From: Eledone cirrhosa
Lineage: Eukaryota
Reading direction: 5' to 3'
Assembly (NCBI GenBank): GCA_964016885.1
Contig: OZ024744.1
Span: forward strand, 111,786,001-111,850,000
DNA: 64,000 bases
Position numbers and translations under genes: made by a program
Notes under the pieces: generated by a model
The model's input: only the letters and a program-made list of their open reading frames with translations
Told to the model about the DNA's origin: nothing
Database searches by the model: none
Part shown: piece by piece, positions 54,001-64,000 of the stretch
Position numbering within the stretch: position 1 is the first letter of the stretch
Layout: every line of letters starts with the position of its first letter

Positions 54001-54200
54001 CTCACCACCATAGCCGCTGAGCTGGCCAGCCGCAGGTGTGAACCCCGCGAGTTGGAGTGGCTTTTCCAGCGCGTCTCCCTTGCCGTCCTCCGGGGAAACG
54101 CCTTCTCCATTCTGCCCGCCGGGGCTGTGGGTCAGCCCCATCGCGTACCAATACATTAGTTAAATACCATTCTTTCATCTGATATATCTGTAAATTATAT
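51100..54200 (+). mobile_element. CRE-clade non-LTR retrotransposon (PHD finger + RT + restriction-like endonuclease), frameshifted
   Basis: KKEGGIRPIAV, KLDMRNAFNS, GVQQGDPLGPLLF, VWYLDD, QATLPVRYGGLG, CRCG..HPLSC..RH, RGDGKRPDG..WDAT, KLLKY, AVETSG, RGNA. Several stops and frameshifts; markedly GC-rich. Confidence 0.92.
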
Positions 54201-54497
54201 AGAAACTACATAATATGAAGCTGCAGCTTGATAACATCTGTCTTCCCATTAAGTGGGTGTTGCAATCTGGTTAAGTTTGCCAAGCTTGGGAGGATGGGTG
54301 GTTCGTGTTTGATTTGCCAAATTTAGAAGGTGAGTGAGGTTTGGTTTGGCAGGAGTCATGAGGTTGGTGTTCTGTTTAGGGTGTTTGATTGAAACAATAA
54401 CGGTCTTATTTATGTATATATAAATATTTAGCATTCTACAGAGGGGCAGCAGTATGTGAATAATGGCAAGTGAAAGGGCTGCTAGTATAAGCAGTTA

Positions 54498-56284
54498 ATC
54501 ATCATCATCATCATCATCATTTAATGTCTATCTTCCACGCTAGCATGGGTTAGACGGTAGTTGACCCACTTGAGGCAAGATTGGTCAGGTGACAGTGTCT
54601 CGCTCGTATAGGACTGTCTGGTGGGTTTTCTACGGCTGGATGCCCTTCCTAACACCAACCACGTTTACAGTGTGGAACTGGGAGCTTTTTACCGTGTTTC
54701 CTACATGACCACATTACAGCGTGGACTGTGTGTTTTTTTGTCGTGACACCTACACGACCTCATTATTTAGGACTGGATGTTGTGGTACCAACATAACTTT
54801 ACAGAGAAAGGGTGGTGTTGGTGGGAGTGGGAGTATGGAATAGGGGTAGTGGCTTAGGGTATATATTTGGTTAAGAGGTGCCTAGTGACTGTAGGTTAAC
54901 TTTGCACATAGAGAAGGCGGGTCTCCTGTATTACTGTGTGGCGCCAAAGATCCTTGTCCAGTGACCTTGTTTTAGAGAGGTGCAAGTGTGGAAGGTCAGA
55001 CTTTAGCATGTCATCCCAGGTTTTTCTGGGTCTACCTAATCCGTAACTACCATCAATTTTGATCGCTCTGCACTTTTTTATGCAGCTGCCGTCCTTCATG
55101 CACATCACGTGACCATACCAACGTAGTCTTCTCTCGAGTAAACAGCATCTGATCCCTCTTATTCCCAATTTCTCACTTAGTTCATTTATGTTTTGTCATT
55201 CATGTATATTGCTATTACACATCCAACGGAGCATGCATGCTTCGTTCCTTTCCAGTCTGCGCAGATCCTCTGCCTCTGCACGCAATGCCCATCTCTCACT
55301 GCCATGTAGCTTTGTTGTTCATATACAAGCATCATACAATCTGCCTTTCATTTTTAGAGAGAACCCTTTAGTGGCCAATAGTGGTATAAGCTCTCTGAAC
55401 TTTTTCCATCCTGTTCTGACTTTGGCTACTGTACTTTCAGAGCACCCTCCCCCACTGCTGATTTTGTCACCCAGGTAACAGAAAGTGTCCACTATTTCTA
55501 TAGAATAATCTGGGCAATATCCTGTGGGCACTTGCTACTTATTGCACCTGAGCATTGGCCACATATAAAATCTACGTTCTTAGATAGCTTACCTCTGATC
55601 CCACTACATCTTTTCTGTACCTATAGTTTGCATTTGGGACATAAAATGGAATTTCTACCTACTCCTTTCCTACACACTGAGCTTGGCCATTTCCCAGAGG
55701 ACACCTGTACCCTATTTTCCTTTCTACATACTAGAACTTTAGTCTTAGACATGTTAACTTTAAGGCCTTTTGATTCTAGGCCATGCTTCCATGTTTGGAA
55801 TTTCTTCTCTAGTTCAGCCATGGATTCAGCTATGAGTGTTAGATCATCTGCTTATAGAAGTTCCCATGGGCAGCCAGTCATAAACTCCTCTGTTATAGCC
55901 TGTAGGACAATAATAAACAGGAGGAGGCTAAGGACAGAGCCTTGATGAACACCAACTTTTATACTAAATTCTTCACTATATTCATTGTTAATTCTAAACT
56001 TACTGACTGTATCTTTATACATGGCTTGTATAGCTCTCACAAGCCATTCATCTACTCCTAGCTTTCTAAGAGCCCACCAGATAATGGAGCAGGGAACTCT
56101 GTCGAAGGCTTTCTCTAAGTCAACAAAAGCTAAGTAGAGGGGTTTACTTTTAGCTAAGAACTTCTCCTGTAGTTGTCATACAAGGAAAAAGTGTCTGTGG
56201 TACTTTTACCTCACACAAACCCAAACTGCATTTCATCTAGATCAATTCGATCTCTGATAAGTTGTGCTATAACTCTTTCAGTCA
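54498..56284 (-). mobile_element. RTE-clade LINE, 5'-truncated RT and 3' UTR with (GAT)n tail
   Basis: [53 protein letters not shown]. Confidence 0.92.
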
Positions 56285-56501
56285 TTGAGGAGGTCACAGA
56301 ATGTGTGACGAAAGAGCTTTGACAATATATAAACAATCTTCTGGTTATTGAACCAACCAACTGGAAACTTATAATAAATTGAAGTGAAAACCAACAGGTA
56401 CATGTGTTTTTATTGGCAACATGACCCTCCCAAAGTACAATATCTGTTTCAACCCTAGTTTTCAGATAAGAAATTTTTCAAAACAAATACAAAAATGAAG
56501 T

Positions 56502-56535
<34 letters not shown>

Positions 56536-56789
56536 ATATATATACAAATAAATAATCGAGAATCGAAATCTCAGCCCACGAAATCACGAAACACAATCTT
56601 CGAAATGTGTGGCAGAGGGCTCAATAGTTTGGGTAAACCAGAGCTATAACTATCGTTAAAATACCAACACATAGAGAAAATGCTTAAAATCATTCACACA
56701 GCCGAAAAAACGACCTGGAAAATTCGGGTCACACAAATAATAAATTAATAAATTAAATGAATGTAAAATCTTACCCAATATATATATAT

Positions 56790-56816
<27 letters not shown>

Positions 56817-56820
<4 letters not shown>

Positions 56821-57140
56821 AGAACAAAAGATGGCTAAAAGAGTTCCATGTATTTTATTATGCCCATTTCAAAAACAAACATCATCATGCAATAATATAT
56901 GTGTTTTAATCAGATAAAACAGGAAGACATGATATGAAGGTTAAAAAACACTTGTGGATAGTGCAGTTTTAAATCAACAGATTTAAAACTGCACTATCCA
57001 CAAGTGTTTTTTAACCTTCATATCATGTCTTCCTGTTTTATCTGATGAAAACACAAATATTATTGCATGATGATGTTTGTTTTTGAAATGCGCATAATAA
57101 AATACATGGAACTCTTTTAACCATCTTTTGTTCTTATATA
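56817..57140. repeat. About 160-bp-arm palindrome with 4-nt loop
   Basis: Centre ttttaaatc-aaca-gatttaaaa at 56976-56979; few mismatches. Confidence 0.9.
57036..57102 (+). ncRNA. Type-I hammerhead ribozyme, intact core, in the right arm of a palindrome
   Basis: ttttat-CTGATGA-(long AU/GU stem II)-GAAAT-gcgc-ATA-ataaaa. Stem I 6 bp, palindromic stem III ATGCGCAT; cleavage after 57096. Confidence 0.75.
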
Positions 57141-57227
57141 TTATGTATACTCCAGTCCTACAAACTGTAGAGTGCTTCTTATCCGATATCTGCATTGCTT
57201 TATTGTACTACAATAAAACTCACCTCC

Positions 57228-57264
<37 letters not shown>

Positions 57265-58419
57265 CACCAGAAATGACACAACATATAATTGTTTCTACTT
57301 TAGGCACAAGGCCAGCAATTATCCAGTGCATTATATAATGTAAGTTCTAAGGATACAACATCTGTCTGAAAAAAAATATGCAATGGTAACAACTGGTAGG
57401 TCTTTGATCAAGTTACTAAATAACAACAGGGGCTGATTGACTTAGTCTAGAAATAACAGACTACAGGTATAGTATATTGAGAAGGGGTGGATATAGGGTG
57501 GTATAATAGGGTGGCAATAGGGTGGAGGGACAGTTAGATAAATGCTGTGGAAAATAGTGAAGTTCATGTTACACTGCTTATAGACAGGTGATTGCAGTTA
57601 CACAAATTAGAATTTGAGGGTGGTGGGGGTGGGGAACAGGTAGGTAGGTATAGGTGTTTATCTGGGGAGGGGGTATTTTTGTGTTAAGAATCTCAGGTGG
57701 GAGGAGATGATAACTGTCTTGCTATTTAGGTCATACAGGTGCAAGTAGCTGACATTTAAGTAGGAACTATATCACAGGTGAAGCTAATGAAGACTGCTAA
57801 TGAGGAGAGATGGGGGAGGAGAGAGAGAGAGAGAGAGAGAGAGGTGGGAAGAAATAAAGTGGGAACTCAACACCTGATTAGATGTGCATTATTATTATTA
57901 TAAAATATTGACAACCTACCTACACAGGTGAGAGTGATACAAGCACACAATGGGTATTGATGGGGTGGGGTACTTGTTAGTTATGGACAGATAACTTGAA
58001 CAACATGGTTAAAACACAACAGTAGTAGTGGTGGTGGTAGTAGTATTACCGGTACTGGGATTGATATGATTGTCTTTAAGGTGGTACCCTACCCTACTCA
58101 TCCTCACTAACACCTATAACTTTATACCTATCTCCCTCTCCAGAGCAGAGAGGGCCCTATAATAAATGCCCCTGGTACACTCGATAAGGGTGGTTGGCAA
58201 CAGGAAGAGCACCTTGTTGTAGAAAGCATGCCTAAAAGGGTTGAAAGGACCCTTCAGTTGTGTCAAAGACATGACACCCTCCCTAGTGTTGGTTATCTAC
58301 ACAATAAAAGCATACAGTACGTGATATAAAGTGGTTGGTGATTGTAAGGGGATCCAGCCTTAGAAAGCTTTCCAAACAAAGGGTTAGCAGGGTTAAAAGA
58401 CATAACATTATGCACTCAA

Positions 58420-58695
58420 TAATTGTTTCTACTATTGGCACAAGGCCAGCAATTACCCAGTGTATTACTGGTACTTTATTTTATCGACCCCGTAAGGATG
58501 AAAGGCAAAGTCAACCTCGGCGGGATTTGAACTCAGATCGTAAAGGGACGTAACTATGCTGGAAAGCATGGCGTCCAACCCTCTACCGATACTGCCACAT
58601 TATGCACTCAATAATTGTTTCTACCTTTGGCACAAGGCCAGCAATTATCCAGTACATTACTGGTACTTTATTTTATCGACCCCGCAAGGATGTCG
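58420..58695 (-). mobile_element. Two tandem Meta-like SINEs at one target site
   Basis: atgcactcaataat occurs three times (about 58409, 58602, 58696), bracketing one near-full and one truncated copy. Confidence 0.8.
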
Positions 58696-58844
58696 ATGCA
58701 CTCAATAATGACCATATGTAAGCAGCATACAGGCCTCATTGACATGTCTGGGACATGAGTGGTCCTGCTACAGTACTGACTTGGTCAATGTAGTCCTGTC
58801 CAACCCTTCATAACAGGGAAAGTGGAAGCTAAATGATGATGATG

Positions 58845-59317
58845 ATCATCATCACCGTTTTACGTCCGTTCTTCCACGCTAGCATGGGTTAGACGGGTTG
58901 TCCTGTTGTGGGCAGTGTCTGGTCGGATGACCATGCCTTGCTCATACAGGAACTGATTTGGCTTGATTTCTACAGCTGGATGCCCTTCCTAACACCAACC
59001 TCATTTACAGTGTAGGCTGAGTGCTTTTTCGTGGCCCCTACACGTCCTCTTAACAGTGTGGGCTGGGTGCTTTTTTGCCGTGGCACCTCCACGAGCACCT
59101 TGCAGTGGGAGGGTGTGGGGGCATATTGTCTATATGCTTCAGCTTGTACCCATGGGAGGTCGGGTACTCTGTATTACTGCGTGACGCCAGAGGTCACGGT
59201 CGTGTGTCATCGCCTTTGAGAGGTGAAATTGGGTAAGGTCGGCTTTTATCACCTCATCCCAGGTCTTCTTGAGTCTCCCCACTCCGCGGTTTCCATCGAC
59301 TTCTAGTGCTCTGCACT
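58845..59317 (-). mobile_element. RTE LINE 3' end, second subfamily
   Basis: Inverted homolog of 4427-4825, extending further into the ORF (KKTWDEVIK). Confidence 0.8.
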
Positions 59318-59353
59318 AGAATGATGATGGTATATATGGCTGTATTGTTGATA

Positions 59354-59765
59354 TGGGAGCGATGACCCCTTAGCCTTTGTCAAGGCAGAATTCTAGGAGA
59401 AGGAAAACTCTGATATAACACCTGCAACCCTGATGGTATCCAATGATGTTGACTTGTTCTTCTTTTTGGTAAATATCATTTTGGTTAAGAGAGTGGGACT
59501 GGCTTTGTGCAGTGCCTTTGCTCACTGTAAAAGCTTCACGGCACAGGAATTGCTTTATATCTGGAGATCTCTCTGCACTTGTCGTCACATGGTGCCATGG
59601 GCCCAGCACTATGTGTCAATAATTGTCACAAGTGTAGTGTTTGTACCAGAGTTTTCAAGTCGCTGGCTGGACTAAAAAGTCACACTCTTTCAGCGCATCG
59701 GTAGGGGTTCTCCTACATGGATATAAAGTAGTGGCCGTACTCGAAAACGAGTTGGCAGCCACCAT
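59354..59765 (+). mobile_element. 5'-truncated copy of the same retroposon with TSD
   Basis: 11-bp direct repeat attgttgatat at 59344-59354 and 59764-59774. Confidence 0.75.
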
Positions 59766-60043
59766 TGTTGATATATGGGTGAATTTGGTTTACAACAAGT
59801 TTCTGGGTTCAGTTCCACTGTTTGAAGCTGTGTCTTCTACTAACATTGACCGACCATAGCCTTGTGAGTAGAATTTGGTTGACGGAAACTACAGAAACCC
59901 ATTGTGCCCCCCTATACTCTCTGTAAAGTGGTTGCCATAGAAACCATGCCAGAATAAATCATATGAGCTGTACGTGGTCATGTGACACGACTACTTTTCA
60001 GAATGTGACAACCTGTTCAGCCCATGCAAGTATGGAAAACAGC

Positions 60044-60083
<40 letters not shown>

Positions 60084-60529
60084 ATGATGATGATCTAAGT
60101 GTATATGTGTGTGTATATGTGTGTATGAGTGTGTGCTTACATTTGAGTCTGTGCCTATGTTCCGTATGTAATGGTTCAACAAACTGTAACTAAATGCCAC
60201 AAAGCAATTTGTCCAATGCTCTACTGATTCTGTTAATATTATCATTATTAATAATTGTCTCTATTATTAATAGATTCTATTATAGGCAGAACGCCAGTAA
60301 TTTAGGGAGAGAGGAAAGTTGATTATATTGAGATCAGTATATTACTGATGCTTTATTTCATTGACCGCAGAAGGATGAAATGCAAAGCTGACTGCGGCAG
60401 GATTTGAACTCAGAACATAAAAGGTTTTAACTAAATGTTACAAATATTTAGTCTATGGCCACTCTGATTGCTAAAGCAAGTGCTCTCTTCCAGTTTTCTT
60501 CCTCCAATGTACAGTCAGATACCCAGACC

Positions 60530-60800
60530 AGGCTTGTTCACTCAGAGTATGCTTACCACCCATTCACACTTTTCAATAAACTGGTCAGAATATAGCATTT
60601 CCTTCTCCACCCTGATTTTCCTCTTCAAGTGAAATTTGAAGAATTTAATCACAGCCTAATTGAAGAGGAAAATGTTTGTCCTCAACCATTTCAATTGTGT
60701 CCATTACACAACCTCTTTTGCCATGAACACAAGGTGGAGGTCTCTGAGTACTTGGTGACATTCCAGTTGCCAAGCACTCCCTTTTTTTTTCTCTTTGCTT
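60530..60800 (-). mobile_element. Older fragment of the same L1/Tx1 ORF2 3' end
   Basis: 60600-60730 aligns by eye with 62430-62560 (accctgattttcct..tcaa.tgaaatttgaa...acacaacctcttttgccatg). Confidence 0.65.
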
Positions 60801-62219
60801 GATCCGGAACTGCAGTTCTATGAAGGAAATGAGCCGGGGAGAGACATGTATTTGGTGAACAGTGACCACAACTGTTCACCAACAGTAATATACTCTGTTG
60901 ACATTCACAATTCAGATTTGAAACCCGTTCCAAAAACCATAAAATCAGATTCTTCTTTTCAAAATGTCACAGAACAGGCTTACCTTTGAAGAAAAGCATA
61001 ATGTCATCACATAAAATCTATTTGTTTTTTTTCTTATTTTAGATGAAGATAAATCCCTCAATGTAGAAGGAAAAAGAGTATTTCAATAAAAGGAAAAGGG
61101 TGAATAATCAGATCAGTAGAGAAACTATATCTTCATTGTTCTTTTCATTGCCGATACTATTTGATGGTACAACTCATGACAGAAGGACCTGGGATTTGAA
61201 CTCAGAATAAACAGAGCTGGACCAGATATTGCAAAGAGTCTAATCTGAATGTTTAATAATTCTGCCAACCCACAGGCTCTTCACTGCTACTTTATTTATC
61301 AACCCTGGAATGATGAAAGGCATATTTCACTCAGGTGGGATTTGAACTCAGTAGGCTAGAACAAATACCAAAAGGTATTAAATGGCAGCCACTTAAGAAA
61401 ATTTTGAAATAAAACTGGTTTCATTTTCATCATGTTTTGTATTCAGTGTTTTTAAAGTTGACACCAGCCTCTCGCAACTTTATACAGCCATGGACACATA
61501 AGTCAACATGGAGTCAAAAGAGCGTTCTAATGGCACACCTTGTGTCTTAGGTATTGAAAACCTTGTGAAGCCAAACCCCTCTCCAAATTTGAACACAGGT
61601 ACTTTGAGAGAGAGAGAGAGGGGGAGAAAGAACCCCTGTAATGGTGGTGTGGTGGTGGTGATGGTATGGTGGTGGTGTTGTGGTGGTGGTGGTGGTGGTG
61701 GTGTGGTGGTGGTGTGCTGGTGGTATAGTGGTGTAATGGTGGTGGTGTTGTGGTGGTGGTGGTGGTGGTGTGGTAGTGGTGTTGTGGTAGTGTGATGGTG
61801 AGGTGGTGGTGGTGGTGTTGTTGTTGTTGTGGTGGTGGTGTTGTTGTTGTGGTGGTGGTGTGGTGGTGGTGGTAGTGATGGTATGGTGGCGGTGGTGGTG
61901 TTGTGGTGGTCGTGGTGGTGTAATGGTGATGGTGTTGTGGTGGCGGTGATGGTGTGGTGGTGGTGGTGGTGGCAATGGTGATGTGGTGGTGATGTGTTGC
62001 TTGGGCTGTGGTGGTGATGTGTTGCTTGGGCTGTGGTGGTGTTGTTAGTGCTCCAGACAGCCTGTTGTTCGGTTGGTCTGATGATCTGTCATAGTAACAG
62101 ATGCAACTCTGCAATTGAAACAACTACAGTTGTGATGACAGAAATAGTACCATAGTCATAGCTATGCCATAACTGCACAGATCAATGCAACACACATGCA
62201 CATATATATATATACATAA

Positions 62220-64000
62220 ATTACCCAATAGGGGGGGCAGACTTCCAAGGGACACTTGTGGAGAAAGCTCATTAAAAAAAACCACGGTGACCCTAACCAC
62301 CAGGGCAAGTGCCCTCTCCCAGTTTTCCACCTCCAATTTTCAGGTGCATACTCAGAGCAGGCCCATTCACTCAGGCCATGCTTGCCTCTCTCACCCATCT
62401 TTCAACAAAATGCTGGGAAGAGAGCGTTTCCCTCTCTACCCTGATTTTCCTTTTCAAATGAAATTTGAAAAGGTTAATCAGGGCATCACCGAAGAGGTAA
62501 GTGCTAGTCTTCAGCCCTTTCAAACGCGTCCACCACACAACCTCTTTTGCCATGGCCACCAGGCAAATAAAAATTGCCTGCCTTTCCTGGCTAAAGGAAG
62601 ACAGCGGAGCAATCCTCACGATGGACTCAGCTGATAGCCGGATCTGTCCTACACGTTCGACATAAACCCACAGGTCAGCAATGCTTGGACACTGGAGGAG
62701 GGCATGCTCGACGGTTTCGTCGCTCAGTGCATTGCCTGACTGGTCGGAGGCCGTAAGCGCCTGGAGACATTCCAGTCTCTACGTACTCGCTCTCGATCCT
62801 CACTTGCCCCAGGACTGCAGCTCTGCCAACGAGATGAGCTGGGGAAAAAACGCGTCCACAGCTGACCACCGTCGAGGAAGAGGTGAAGATGCTGTAGCCT
62901 GAGTGCATGTCTGCACATCATAAGCCATGGCATGCCCAGCCCTCCACGTAGCAGGTGTTAACAACAAACGGGCCGCCCGACCATCGGAGCGCGTCCCTTC
63001 CACAAAAAGCGAAAGAGCAAATGCTCCAGTGCAGTCTGGCGAGGCTTAGGACAAGGCACGACGGTCAGGCGGTAGAAGTTGATGGACGCGATGTATGCAT
63101 TCGCTAACTCTGCTTGACTTTTCAGGGATAGCTTCCTCTCGGCCCATTTCTGGGTGAGAAAGGCCACCCTGCTCATCACCTCATACCAAATTTTGTCCGT
63201 CTGGAGGTCCGGACTGAACCAGACCCCTAGCAATTTAATTAGTTCATCCATCCAGCGCCCGACGACGCTGTTGGACGGCATGGACCTGCCTCTCCAGGCA
63301 CCGAGTTGCAGGCCCACTGACTTTTCCTGGTTGATCACCACCTCGTATTCTCTTAGGGTGGTGTCGATCGCCTCGATGTGTTTGGCGTTCGACACCACTA
63401 AGGTGACATCGTCTCCATATGCTGACACGGTTCTCCTGCATCCCAGTTCACGCAGGACCCCCCCTCAACGTCTCCAGTTTGTGCAATAATGGCTCGAGAG
63501 TCAATATATACAAGGACGAGAGGAGACATCCTTGGCGAACCGAGCACATGTTGTTGAAAGGTTCAGAAAGGAGACCGTTCGATTTCACCACAGAGCAGAT
63601 GTCACTGAGCATGGCAGCGATCCAGCCTCTGAAGACAGGCCCAAAGCAAGCCACCTTCAGGACTGCTGCCAGATAACGATGGTCGACCCTATCGAAAGCT
63701 TTTGACTGATCTAAATTGATCAAGGCCCCTCCCATGCTAGTTTCATTAGCTACCCTCTCCACGATATATCGCATGAGGTGGAGGTTGTCGTGGATAGATC
63801 TGTCTGGAATGGCGCATGTCTGCACCTCTCCCATCAGACCACTGACGACAAGAGCTAACCTCTTTGTTAGCACCTTTACCAAAATCTTGAAGTGGACCTG
63901 AGTTATGGGCCTGAAATTATCTATGTTACCCCCCTTGTTCGGATCCTTTCTCAGCAGCGCTACCGCTCCTCAGCTCAAAGAGCAATAGACGTCCGCCAAG
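62220..64000 (-). mobile_element. L1/Tx1-type LINE, 3' half of ORF2 (degraded), running off the window end
   Basis: DNFRPIT, RSIHDN, LDQSKAFDRVDH, SVRQGC, SAYGDDV, KLLGVWF, FRFLWKG and C-terminal AKEVVWWTR...FVERW. Confidence 0.9.

Noticed and set aside
56417-56485. Further hammerhead-like traces here and at 4191-4255, 30255-30300 and 37605-37640
   Set aside because: Two or more core mismatches and no stem I pairing, so they were not counted.
60795-61090. Possible small exons (strong AG at about 61042 on +, AGGTAAG at about 60980 on -)
   Set aside because: Isolated splice-like signals without a recognisable peptide or partner exon.

Overview
AT-rich, microsatellite-saturated animal DNA whose SINE and RTE repertoire looks like an octopod cephalopod (inference from repeat families), with a 200-N assembly gap at 16090-16289. 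The only host gene I can support is two minus-strand exons (24487-24678 and 23329-23434) joined by matching phase-0 splice sites. They encode QTEPVDLS, a CtBP-binding motif typical of KLF3/8/12 Kruppel-like factors; the zinc-finger exons are not in the window. Most of the remainder is mobile-element debris: two tRNA-derived SINE families, many RTE-clade LINE pieces, a degraded Neptune-type Penelope-like element (PLE), a near full-length CRE-clade retrotransposon with an N-terminal PHD finger, two L1/Tx1-type fragments, three non-autonomous Helitrons, a non-coding 600-bp retroposon with an RTE-like head, and three large minisatellites (38, 60 and 48 bp units). The most striking hidden signal is about 20 type-I hammerhead ribozyme motifs from roughly 10 unrelated sequence families. 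Five have an intact core and pairing stem I. They sit next to (TA)n tracts and are often folded into long palindromes, as expected for PLE or retrozyme-type remnants. Coordinates of degraded repeats are approximate and all folds were checked by eye only.
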